Of a DNA stretch of 64,000 bases, positions 31,671-40,650 are shown one piece after another. Source of the stretch: Thermoproteota archaeon. Lineage in GTDB: Archaea; Thermoproteota; Thermoprotei; Gearchaeales; Gearchaeaceae. The number at the start of each line of letters is the position of its first letter. Positions within the stretch are counted from its first letter, which is position 1. The stretch is taken from assembly GCA_032249235.1 (NCBI GenBank), contig JAVVGF010000004.1, forward strand, positions 135,316 through 199,315. Reading direction: 5' to 3'. The translations under genes were made by a program, and so were the position numbers. The notes beneath the pieces were generated by a model that searched no databases, was not told the origin of the DNA, and saw only the letters and a program-made list of their open reading frames with translations.

Positions 31671-32325
31671 GTTTAAAATAATTTTTTATATTTAAATTTT
31701 TTGCTTCTTTTAAAAATAAGTTAACGATTTCTTCAATACTAATTTTTTTCCAATAGCTTATATTTTGTACAGGAGGACAATTTGGTGGATGTATACATAA
31801 TAAATTAAGACGATTTAAATTAGTATTAACTAATAGAGTTCCATGAATTAATAGCGCCTTATTAGAAGCTCTTGCAGCCATTCCTGAAATCTTGTAACCT
31901 TCAATTTCAATTCTATTTGGTTCAGAAAAATATGCGTTTAAATTCAACTTATTAAGTATATTGACAATTATGTTAGATGCTGTTTCAAAGATTTCTTTAC
32001 TTTCAAAATAATGAAGAGAGGTTCGAATAAATAAGCTCCAATTTAAATTTCCTAGATCATGATAAACTACTCCTCCACCTGTTTTCCTTTGGTAAACAGG
32101 TATGTTTAATTTCTTAGCAAGATCAGCCCTATACCAGCCATACTTCTCATGTTTGCGAATTCCTTTTACAAGACATTCCTCATTTATCCATAATCTAATT
32201 ATACTATCATATTTTCCTTGCTCGACTTTTGTAAAAAGTTCATTTTCTTTTTTTAAGTTTAATTTTGGATTTTTATTCTCTTCTAAAATAAGTATATCTT
32301 TTCTATTATTTCTTGCAATTAACAC
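31663..32325 (-). CDS. lplA: Lipoate-protein ligase, catalytic domain
   Basis: RKTGGGVVYHDLGNLNWS, KISG.A, HGTLL. Confidence 0.87.
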   Translation of the reverse strand: MLIARNNRKDILILEENKNPKLNLKKENELFTKVEQGKYDSIIRLWINEECLVKGIRKHEKYGWYRADLAKKLNIPVYQRKTGGGVVYHDLGNLNWSLFIRTSLHYFESKEIFETASNIIVNILNKLNLNAYFSEPNRIEIEGYKISGMAARASNKALLIHGTLLVNTNLNRLNLLCIHPPNCPPVQNISYWKKISIEEIVNLFLKEAKNLNIKNYFKLK

Positions 32326-32740
32326 CCCATTTATCTATAATTGGTTTATATTTTTCATAAGCATCAGATCCTTTAATTAAAAACTTTATTTCTTCTTCTA
32401 ATTTTTCAGGTTTTATTTTTAAAACCCAATTTTCATAAGGATTTAAATTTATAAGAGTTGGGTCTTCTGATACATTTTGATTTATCTCAACAACTATACC
32501 CGTTAATGGAGATCTCATAGGACCCATATACTTAGCACTTTCGACAATGGCTGCGATATCCCCTCTTTTTAATTTTGTACCGATATCCTTTATTTTTATA
32601 TTTAAAAGCTCTCCTGCATATGCCTGCGCTGGGTCAGTTGCACCAATTATTGCTATATCACCATCTATCTTTACCCATACATGGTAATCTAAATCATAAT
32701 AAAGATCTTCAGGTATCTGACAACCTTTATATTCCTTCAT
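32306..32740 (-). CDS. lbpA: Lipoate-binding protein LbpA (GcvH-like)
   Basis: VESAK lipoylation site plus the N-terminal (GCQIP) and C-terminal (NCKK) Cys typical of LbpA; sHdr context. Confidence 0.85.
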   Translation of the reverse strand: MKEYKGCQIPEDLYYDLDYHVWVKIDGDIAIIGATDPAQAYAGELLNIKIKDIGTKLKRGDIAAIVESAKYMGPMRSPLTGIVVEINQNVSEDPTLINLNPYENWVLKIKPEKLEEEIKFLIKGSDAYEKYKPIIDKWGVNCKK

Positions 32741-32741
32741 A

Positions 32742-33116
32742 TCAGAAATAGAATATTACAGTATCAGGCTCTGAAGCCATTTCGAGAAGCGTATAAGCAC
32801 CTGCAAATGTAACATTTTCAGGCAAATCTTTTTCTTCCATTTTCCAAATATATTTTGCAGACGTGCTGCAACACAACATTTTAACACCATTATTCATCGC
32901 AAGTTCAAATACTTTTTTTAAAGGTTCACCGTCTTCTCTTGTTTTTAAATTTTCAAGATTTTCTTTAAGTAGCAGAGACGGGCCTTCTGCTAAAAAGAAC
33001 ATATAAGTTTCATAACCAAGTGAAGCCGCTGCAGCAGCATAATAAAATGGTGTGAATGCTTTCTTAGGCTCATTCACCCCAGTACTTACCACAAATAAAT
33101 ATCTTTTTTTATTCAT
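32742..33116 (-). CDS. dsrE: DsrE family sulfurtransferase (DsrE3-like)
   Basis: PFYYAAAAA, FFLAEG, GVKMLCC, AGAYTL. Confidence 0.82.
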   Translation of the reverse strand: MNKKRYLFVVSTGVNEPKKAFTPFYYAAAAASLGYETYMFFLAEGPSLLLKENLENLKTREDGEPLKKVFELAMNNGVKMLCCSTSAKYIWKMEEKDLPENVTFAGAYTLLEMASEPDTVIFYF

Positions 33117-33176
33117 ATGTCTTAAGTACTATTCAAATATAAAAATATTTATATTTCTAAATATATTAATATAAGC

Positions 33177-33938
33177 ATGGATAGTAAGTTCTACTTATCA
33201 AGACTAAATGAGGATGGATGGTATTATGGCGGGTTGCCGGGTTTACAATGGGAAGTTGAGCAGGCGCGAAAACAAAATAGAGAATTATTGAAAAAAATAG
33301 TAGATGAGTTATATAATGATGAAAGATTTCACGAATTTTATTATGCATGTATAAATTGTGGTAATTGTACTTCTGTATGTCCTGCATTTAGATTTGTTGA
33401 CTTTGAACCTAGAATAGTTGTGCAAAAAATCATGCATGCTAAAGATGAACCTGAATTACTATATCAAATGATGGATCAATATATTTGGGCTTGTTATCAA
33501 TGTTATTCATGCTGGGATGTATGTCCTGCACATAATAATCCAGGAGGTTTGGTTCTTATTTTAAAAGAAATAGCTGTTAAGAACGGTTTAGATTCATCAA
33601 AAGCAGCTCTTGAACCATATAGTAAAATAGTTTATAAAATAATGACCACAGGTACTCAAATTACACCAGATATGCATACGACAATAGCTCTATTTAGAGA
33701 TTGGGGTCCTCATAAAGCAGAATTGGCTAAAAATATAAGAATTGATAGAAAAGCCGTCCCTGTTCCTTCAATGAATGGTGTGATGGATAAAAGTTGGAAG
33801 GTCGATGAACAGACTATGAAAGAATTGATGCTCATTCATAAGGAAGCTGGTGTTTGGGATTCCATTAAAAAAACTTTAAAAGATGTGGTAGATATGATTG
33901 AAGAAACTGCTAGAGAGAAAGGAATTAAAGATGGATAA
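33177..33938 (+). CDS. hdrC1: sHdr subunit C1 (2x[4Fe-4S])
   Basis: CINCGNCTSVCP and CYQCYSCWDVCP, NNPGGLV, DWGP. Confidence 0.9.
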   Translation: MDSKFYLSRLNEDGWYYGGLPGLQWEVEQARKQNRELLKKIVDELYNDERFHEFYYACINCGNCTSVCPAFRFVDFEPRIVVQKIMHAKDEPELLYQMMDQYIWACYQCYSCWDVCPAHNNPGGLVLILKEIAVKNGLDSSKAALEPYSKIVYKIMTTGTQITPDMHTTIALFRDWGPHKAELAKNIRIDRKAVPVPSMNGVMDKSWKVDEQTMKELMLIHKEAGVWDSIKKTLKDVVDMIEETAREKGIKDG

Positions 33939-35223
33939 AACTTTATCAATAGATTTTAAAGAAGAAGAGATTACCTTAACCAAGGAAGATCAAAAATTAT
34001 TTCAAAAATTGGTCGAAGAAAGAAAAGCTAAACTTGCTAAAGGTACGATTGAAGATTATTTAAGGATGTTAGATAAAATGAAAGAACTCGAGAAGAAAGG
34101 CGAAATCATCATACATCATGTTCATGAAGAATATCAACCTAGATTGGTTAAAACATTGAGTGGAAGAGTTAAAAAAATACCTACTGTTGAGCTTTGGCAA
34201 CATAAATCTTGTGGACAATGTGGTCATATTCCAGGATACATATCTGCCTTATATTGGATAATGAATGAATTAAACATACCTTATGTAGATGATACAAACC
34301 AAACATCATGCACTGCATGGAATTATTATGGAAGTGGCACCTCAAATACTATTGCTATAACTGCAGTATTTTTAAGAAATATGCATGTTGCTTATGAAAA
34401 GAATGCATATCCATTAATACATTGTGGTACAAGCTTTGGCGACTATAAAGAATGTAGATATTTTGTTGTTATGAGTGACGAGATAAGAAATAAAGTAAGG
34501 GCTATACTTAAGAAAATTGATAGAGATATCGTAATACCTGAAGAACTTGTTCATTATAGTGAATGGTTGCATGTTATGAGATATGAAATAGCCGAGAAGA
34601 AAAAGTTTGATGTATCAAACATAAAAGTCGCAGTGCATGCAGCATGTCATACTTACAAGCTTATGTCTGAAGATTATACTTATGATGATAACATATTAAA
34701 TGGTATAAGACCAGCTCCTACTTCAAGTATAGTTTTAGCATTAGGTGCTAAATTAGTAGATTATAGCACTTGGTATGACTGTTGTGGCTTTGGTTTTAGA
34801 CACATATTAACTGAAAGAGAAATAAGTAGATCCTTTGCCTATTTTAGAAAGATTAAACCAGTTGTTGAGGAGACACAAGCGGATGTCTTAATAACACATG
34901 ATACAGGTTGTGTAACTACTTTAGATAAAAGTCAAGTTGTTCCTTTAGCTCATGGTTATAAAGAAACAATTCCTGTAATTGCAGATTCTCAGTTCGCTGC
35001 ATTGGCCATGGGGGCTCATCCATTTAAAATATGTCAACTCCATTGGCATATAGCAGACTGGAGAAATTTGTTAAATAAAATGGGTATTGATTGGCAATCA
35101 GCATGGGAGGAATATAAAAAATACATTGAAGAACTTAAGAAAGGAGCAAAACCATTTTTATTAATTCCACCTCCAAGGAGGCTTCAACCTAAAATAATTC
35201 GCGATAAACCTGTAGTAATTTAA
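33931..35223 (+). CDS. hdrB1: sHdr subunit B1 (CCG domains)
   Basis: HKSCGQCGHIPGY, QTSCTAWNY, HCGTS, WYDCCGFGFRH, HDTGC, LHWH; likely start ATG 33931. Confidence 0.92.
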   Translation: MDKTLSIDFKEEEITLTKEDQKLFQKLVEERKAKLAKGTIEDYLRMLDKMKELEKKGEIIIHHVHEEYQPRLVKTLSGRVKKIPTVELWQHKSCGQCGHIPGYISALYWIMNELNIPYVDDTNQTSCTAWNYYGSGTSNTIAITAVFLRNMHVAYEKNAYPLIHCGTSFGDYKECRYFVVMSDEIRNKVRAILKKIDRDIVIPEELVHYSEWLHVMRYEIAEKKKFDVSNIKVAVHAACHTYKLMSEDYTYDDNILNGIRPAPTSSIVLALGAKLVDYSTWYDCCGFGFRHILTEREISRSFAYFRKIKPVVEETQADVLITHDTGCVTTLDKSQVVPLAHGYKETIPVIADSQFAALAMGAHPFKICQLHWHIADWRNLLNKMGIDWQSAWEEYKKYIEELKKGAKPFLLIPPPRRLQPKIIRDKPVVI

Positions 35224-36279
35224 ATGGAGGGAAACAAATCCATTTTAGTCATAGGTGCAGGACCAGCAGGCCTTCAGGCTTCTAAAGACATTGCTGAATT
35301 TGGATTTAGAGTTGTATTGGTAGAAAAAAATAGTGAATTAGGAGGAGCACCAATTAGATGGAGATATCATACATTAGCTCCTGATTTTGTACCTACAGAG
35401 AAGGTATTGGGTCCTCTTATAGATTTTGTAAAGAATAACAGCTTAATTACTGTGTATACAAATTCAATAGTTGAAGGCTATGAACGTAAAGATGATTTTT
35501 TCAAAATTAGGATTCTAAATTTAAGAAATAAAAGTATCTCTTATGAGAATGTTTCTTCAGTAATTGTAGCTACAGGTTTTGAACATTATAACGCTTCAGT
35601 TGACCCAAGATATGGTTATGGAATCAATCCAAATGTTATAGGAATTAACGAGTTGGAAATCATGATTAGTAATGGTAAGGTTGTAAGGCATGATGGAAAA
35701 ATTCCTAAACGAATTGGCTTCATTTTATGTGTAGGTTCTAGAGACAAGGCGACAAATCCATGGTGTTGTACTGTTTGTTGTGGTGTATCTATAAAACAAG
35801 CTATTGAAATTAAGAAAATAATACCTGACTCGCAAATCTACATAATATACATGGATATAAGAACGATAGGTCTTTGGGAAAAGTTATATTGGCAAAGCAT
35901 GGAAAATTATCACATTAATTATATAAGAGGTAGAGTCGGCGAGATATATTGGACGGGAGAAAAACTATTGGTTAAAGGAGAAGATACGCTCGTTAGAGGA
36001 CCTTTTGAGGCTTTATTCGATATGATAGTTTTAGCTGTAGGTATGGAACCTGGTGAAGGAACAAAACAGGTAGCAAAAGTATTTGGTCTTAGAGTTAACG
36101 AATACGGTTTTCTTTCACCACGTATACCAAATATTCATTATGATTCAGGCAAAGATGGCATATTTTTAGCAGGTGCATGTGTCGCTCCTATGTCTGTAGA
36201 GGAAGCAATAGGTGAAGGTTCAGCTGCCGCATTACAAGCAATTAAATATTCTATGAAAAGAGACAGAAAAGTTCCATGA
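35224..36279 (+). CDS. hdrA: sHdr subunit A (short FAD/[4Fe-4S] HdrA)
   Basis: VIGAGPAG, CVGSRD, WCCTVCC, YMDIR, GEDTL; 351 aa, the single-domain sHdrA size. Confidence 0.92.
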   Translation: MEGNKSILVIGAGPAGLQASKDIAEFGFRVVLVEKNSELGGAPIRWRYHTLAPDFVPTEKVLGPLIDFVKNNSLITVYTNSIVEGYERKDDFFKIRILNLRNKSISYENVSSVIVATGFEHYNASVDPRYGYGINPNVIGINELEIMISNGKVVRHDGKIPKRIGFILCVGSRDKATNPWCCTVCCGVSIKQAIEIKKIIPDSQIYIIYMDIRTIGLWEKLYWQSMENYHINYIRGRVGEIYWTGEKLLVKGEDTLVRGPFEALFDMIVLAVGMEPGEGTKQVAKVFGLRVNEYGFLSPRIPNIHYDSGKDGIFLAGACVAPMSVEEAIGEGSAAALQAIKYSMKRDRKVP

Positions 36280-36737
36280 CAGAAGATAAAAAAGAGAAAG
36301 AAGAAGAAAGAAAAGGTAAATATATTATTGAGCGTGAGTACATAGAAGATGAAAGAATCATAGAACCTGAAAAATTAGATATCGGCGGAATCGATGCTTC
36401 AGGTAGATGGGGTGTAATAGTTTTACCCAGAGTAATAAGCGATTTTGATCATTCGTTGATAGAAGAAGTTAAAAAATTACCAAGAGGTAAGCACATAGAA
36501 AGATGCTGGCAATGTGGACTTTGTACTGCAGTATGTCCAGTAGCTCATAAGGAGCCTAATTTCAATCCTAGATATTTCATCTATATTGTTAAAATGGGTT
36601 ATAAATCAGAAATTAAAAAATTAAAAAAGTATATTTATCTTTGCCAAGGTTGTGGTTTATGCACTGAAGTATGTCCTAAGCATGTAGATCCATCAGGTGT
36701 CATGATGGCATTAAATATATTATTTGATAAATTATGA
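36276..36737 (+). CDS. hdrC2: C-terminally shortened sHdr subunit C2
   Basis: sHdrC2-type GIDASGRW..PRVISD, RCWQCGLCTAVCP, FNPRY, CQGCGLCTEVCP; the protein ends just after the second cluster (153 aa). Confidence 0.8.
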   Translation: MTEDKKEKEEERKGKYIIEREYIEDERIIEPEKLDIGGIDASGRWGVIVLPRVISDFDHSLIEEVKKLPRGKHIERCWQCGLCTAVCPVAHKEPNFNPRYFIYIVKMGYKSEIKKLKKYIYLCQGCGLCTEVCPKHVDPSGVMMALNILFDKL

Positions 36738-37426
36738 ATAATTTTACATTAAGTATATTTTATGTTTTGTTTAATGTTATTTTATTTATAGTTTCTTCAA
36801 TCATTCTTATATTAAGAATAAAAAGATGGGGAGTATCATATCCTTTTATAAATTTATTCAAGGAATTTTTTAAAAGAGGAAAATTAAAAATTTATTCTAA
36901 ACTAAAAATACTTATAAATACATTTATTAAAGATCTTCTAAGCTTAAAGCGTGCTGGATATTTATGCGAAGAAAGATTTCATTTTTATGGGAGGGTCTTG
37001 CTTGTCTATGGATTTGGCGGTGTAGTAATAATGAATCTTATAAATTTTATTCTAAATCCTTTAGGTATACCATTAGGTTTTTCTCATCCTTTAAGTGTCA
37101 TCACTTATCTAGCTTACATATTATTAGCTTTAGGTTCTCTTATGCTATTTTTAAGACGCTTTATAAGAGTTAATCTGAGAAAAACTACTGATTTATCTAT
37201 ATGGCTTTTGCATTTATCGTTATTTTATTTTTCAGTAATAGGAATTTTATACTTTTCATTGCTTAATTCAGGTTTTATATTTTTAAGTTCTATCATTTTT
37301 TACTTTTATCTTGGCGGCATAGGCTTGCTTTATTTATTTCTACCTCTAAGTGAAGTGGGATATTTTATATGGAAAGCCTCTGCATTATTAACACATTCGC
37401 TTTCAATAGAACGTGAAAGCGATTAA
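36734..37426 (+). CDS. QmoC/NarI-like membrane subunit
   Basis: 5-6 TM segments; LCEE..GRVLLVYGF and YLFLPLSEVGY resemble the QmoC membrane domain; 4-bp overlap with hdrC2. Confidence 0.65.
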   Translation: MNNFTLSIFYVLFNVILFIVSSIILILRIKRWGVSYPFINLFKEFFKRGKLKIYSKLKILINTFIKDLLSLKRAGYLCEERFHFYGRVLLVYGFGGVVIMNLINFILNPLGIPLGFSHPLSVITYLAYILLALGSLMLFLRRFIRVNLRKTTDLSIWLLHLSLFYFSVIGILYFSLLNSGFIFLSSIIFYFYLGGIGLLYLFLPLSEVGYFIWKASALLTHSLSIERESD

Positions 37427-37432
37427 TGATTT

Positions 37433-37804
37433 ATGAGTGCAAATAATGATAATTTAAGTCTTTCAAGTAAAATTGAAAAAATGTTTGCTAAAAGGGATCA
37501 TGTAGGTGTAGTGAAACATTTTGAAGGAATCGATATAGATTATTTTGTACATATTACACGTAATTTAATGAAGGAGATAGGAAAAAAATATGAAGATAGC
37601 ATTGAAGTTAAAAAACAAAGAATTGTTTATAATAATTTGTGTTACTTATCTGATAATTTATATTTATGGATTAAAGGCACTCAAACTGATTTAGGAGTAT
37701 TGCTTGAAATGAAAATATATCATCCTACAGAGCTCAGTGTTTTAAGTGATGAATTATTAAATAAGTTTACAGAAATCTTCGAGAAACTCATTATTAATTT
37801 ATAG
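37433..37804 (+). CDS. Hypothetical protein, last gene of the sHdr operon
   Basis: 123-aa ORF starting 6 bp after the previous stop; no motif recognised. Confidence 0.6.
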   Translation: MSANNDNLSLSSKIEKMFAKRDHVGVVKHFEGIDIDYFVHITRNLMKEIGKKYEDSIEVKKQRIVYNNLCYLSDNLYLWIKGTQTDLGVLLEMKIYHPTELSVLSDELLNKFTEIFEKLIINL

Positions 37805-38101
37805 ATAAAAACGCTTCTAATTTATGCTTTTTATTGTTTAAATAAGTATTATATTACTTAATATTTATTATAATTTAATAGATCTTTTTGCTAGAAAATA
37901 TGAAAGAAATAGTTAAGAAATTTCCTTTCTGATATTATAGAACCTATTGAATTACATATAATAAATTGTGATTTATTTAGCAATAGCTTTCCAATATTAT
38001 TTCGACTTCTTCCATTATAGAGGAAAAATTGTTTAAAAAATAATTTTTTATTAGATATTAAAAAATTCAATTCGTTTTTTATATATTTATGTCTTTACTA
38101 C

Positions 38102-38368
38102 TTAAGAAAATAATTTCCTACCTTCAGACTTAGGTATTGCAACAAGGGTTTCTGTTTGGGCAATATGTGAAAGTTTCATGAAGAATTCTATAACGACTTT
38201 TTCATTAGGCGCTTCAGATATGATTACGTTATCGAATCTTCCTAATGTATAGAAATCATGAAGAATCTTCAAGCCTTTTGTTGCGAATTCTTTCTCTGTT
38301 TCATCAAAAGCTTTAAAGTCTTCTTGCGTTAACTTTTTCCTAAATCTAACTAAAGTTACAAAGTACAT
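38102..38368 (-). CDS. GYD domain protein
   Basis: YTLGRFDNVIISEAP, TETLVA. Confidence 0.85.
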   Translation of the reverse strand: MYFVTLVRFRKKLTQEDFKAFDETEKEFATKGLKILHDFYTLGRFDNVIISEAPNEKVVIEFFMKLSHIAQTETLVAIPKSEGRKLFS

Positions 38369-38544
38369 AAATATTAATTCAATTAACAGGTATTAATTCT
38401 TAATTCATCTGCAGAATAAAGAATTCGGTTGAACATTCATACTCAACGATTTTAACTTTATTATAATAGAGAAATGAGACGTTATATTAATGTCGTTAAA
38501 AGATCGCTTTTAAAATTCAACAACATGATAAAATTTGATTGAAG

Positions 38545-38700
38545 AATTTCTATTTTTATTTTTTCTTTATAAAATCCTCTTCATCTAAAGAAATTAGTAT
38601 CGAGTTAAATTCCAATGCTGTTTTAAGATATAAGGCGTCTATTTCATTATTTAATTTTTCTACGTTGAATTACTTCGCCTTCAAGTATGCTTGCTATCAG
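38545..38700 (-). pseudogene. PIN/VapC C-terminal fragment
   Basis: Minus strand reads EIDALYLKTALEFNSILISLDEEDFIKK, matching the PIN pattern D-A-x-Y..A.....L-I-S/T-x-D; no intact ORF. Confidence 0.4.
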
Positions 38701-38801
38701 TCAAAAGATAGCTGTAATCTAATAAAAGGTTAAAAGGTGGAAGCTTTAGCATATTATGGAAATTGCATAAAATATTTATTTTAGCACTATTTTAATAACT
38801 T

Positions 38802-40367
38802 ATGAAAAAAATCTCAATAATATTTTTCATTTCATTAAACATTATGACGATGAATTTCTTAAATGCTGTTGTACCTTGGTATGATGAAGCATATGCATCC
38901 TCAAATGTAATATTGATAGGTATATATGGGAATAATGATAGAATTAATGTGACTTTACAAGCTATCACACAAGCTTTAAGTGAAAGAAATATTCCATATT
39001 CAATTAATTATATAAGTGAATTGATTTGGCAAAACACGATGAATTTTGACATTCTTATAACAGATGCCGATTTGATTGAGATTAATAGTGAAACTTATCC
39101 TGCAGTACGAAATGTAGAATCTCATGGCGTTTTATTTCTATTAGGAAATTCAAGCAAGTTTCTAATCGATCAACCATATCCTATTATTAGCGAAAAAGTT
39201 AGTGAGATTCATCTATCGAATTCCTCAGGAGAATTCAGAATCCTAAACTCAATTGCTGAGCAGTTAATATATTATCAGGAATTTAAGCCATATTATTCGT
39301 TGACTATCAAATCTGAGAAGTTATACACGCTCGAAGGTAGGATATATTCTGAATCTTCCAGCTTATTTTCTCAAAAGATAAAAGAAATATTTAACGATGA
39401 GCTATTTCAATCCATTTTAATCAACCAACTTCCTGCTTCTAATAGTGATGTTTTATGCGGCGGAGATAATTGGATCATAAAAGCATGGTATGTATACATC
39501 GTTATAATTTATGATGGGGTTTTTTATAAGAAAAATGTTGCAGAAACGAGAGGGGATTGGATAGTATGTCAGCTAACCAAATCTTCACTAAATTATAACT
39601 GGTTTTTGATTCATTACAAGCTTTGGCATGCAATATATAAAGATGGATATTCCTGTGATGCTTCTCATTGCGGGTGGTTTGTAAATAGTAGAGACATTTA
39701 TTCGAATTATAATTTATTCTCTCAAGCAATATATGATTTCGATCCTCAAACTACTATTGGTGGAACCGAAGTTTCTGTCACTTTGGGCATAGAAGCGGGA
39801 AAAGATGGAATATCTGGTGGTGCTTCTGCGACTTGGTCATACTCAAAGCCTGATGTAGAGATTTACGCTTATGTATACCCTGCAAGCAACACTGCTGAAT
39901 GGTATGAAAAACTAAAAGGACCAGATTATACATGGTGGCCTATCGTTATAGAACCAGCTCCAGTTGCTAGAACCACATATCGCTCTGAACCAGGAATAAT
40001 TGCTTACTCTCCAAAAAGCAATCCATTTTTTATTATAAAAGATGCTACTGATAATGTAACTTTAAGATATGATGTTATCAAACCTTATTCCATATTCTTG
40101 ATAATCTACAAATATACTTTTACTGTGACAATGAAATGGCCTTATATTTTAACATATACAGCTTCTTCTTACAATGGAAATCCTGTAGTCAAAATAAAAA
40201 CGTATAGTATAACAAACTCTTCTTCCAACCATTCATTTGTAGATGAATATAAACTAGTTGTTACACCGCTTTATACACCAGCGTTATTACTCGCTATCAC
40301 TACTGGTATCATAATTGGATTATTTCTAATATTTAAAAAAATACGTATTAAAAACAAAAATTATTAA
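38802..40367 (+). CDS. Secreted, C-terminally anchored hypothetical protein with a leukocidin-like stem segment
   Basis: Signal-like N-terminus; C-terminal TM plus basic tail; YDFDPQTTIGGTEVSVTLGIEAGKDGISGGASATWSYSKPD. Confidence 0.7.
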   Translation: MKKISIIFFISLNIMTMNFLNAVVPWYDEAYASSNVILIGIYGNNDRINVTLQAITQALSERNIPYSINYISELIWQNTMNFDILITDADLIEINSETYPAVRNVESHGVLFLLGNSSKFLIDQPYPIISEKVSEIHLSNSSGEFRILNSIAEQLIYYQEFKPYYSLTIKSEKLYTLEGRIYSESSSLFSQKIKEIFNDELFQSILINQLPASNSDVLCGGDNWIIKAWYVYIVIIYDGVFYKKNVAETRGDWIVCQLTKSSLNYNWFLIHYKLWHAIYKDGYSCDASHCGWFVNSRDIYSNYNLFSQAIYDFDPQTTIGGTEVSVTLGIEAGKDGISGGASATWSYSKPDVEIYAYVYPASNTAEWYEKLKGPDYTWWPIVIEPAPVARTTYRSEPGIIAYSPKSNPFFIIKDATDNVTLRYDVIKPYSIFLIIYKYTFTVTMKWPYILTYTASSYNGNPVVKIKTYSITNSSSNHSFVDEYKLVVTPLYTPALLLAITTGIIIGLFLIFKKIRIKNKNY

Positions 40368-40611
40368 GAATTTTACACTTTTATTTTCTAAAATAATATT
40401 CCATTTAAATAATAAATTTTCCATGATTTTCAAATTAAAGATAATCTTAATTGCCTAATTCTATCAGGTCTGAATTACTTGGCTTTGCTATCTTGAATCA
40501 AACTCAGTATAACTAAAAAAGGCTATACATAGAAGTTTAACATGTTAGAGTAATTAAGCTCTATATCTTCTCAACTTTATAATTTTGGCTAAAGAAAAAG
40601 CGATAAGTTTA

Positions 40612-40650
40612 TTAGTTTCAGAGTGAAACTAAGTTTCGGTATGGAACTAT
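40612..40650 (+). promoter_or_regulatory. Tandem palindromic operator-like site
   Basis: Perfect TTAGTTTCA-gag-TGAAACTAA followed by imperfect AGTTTC-GGTAT-GGAACT, abutting the ATG at 40649. Confidence 0.6.

Noticed and set aside
32306-32740. Glycine cleavage H protein
   Set aside because: No gcvP or gcvT nearby; the terminal cysteines and context fit LbpA.
33177-36737. Methanogen-type HdrABC
   Set aside because: The short HdrA, B1-type motifs and LbpA/TusA/DsrE context indicate sHdr; no mvh or mcr genes are in the window.
38539-38733. 64-aa plus-strand ORF
   Set aside because: No motif; better explained as the antisense of a PIN gene remnant.
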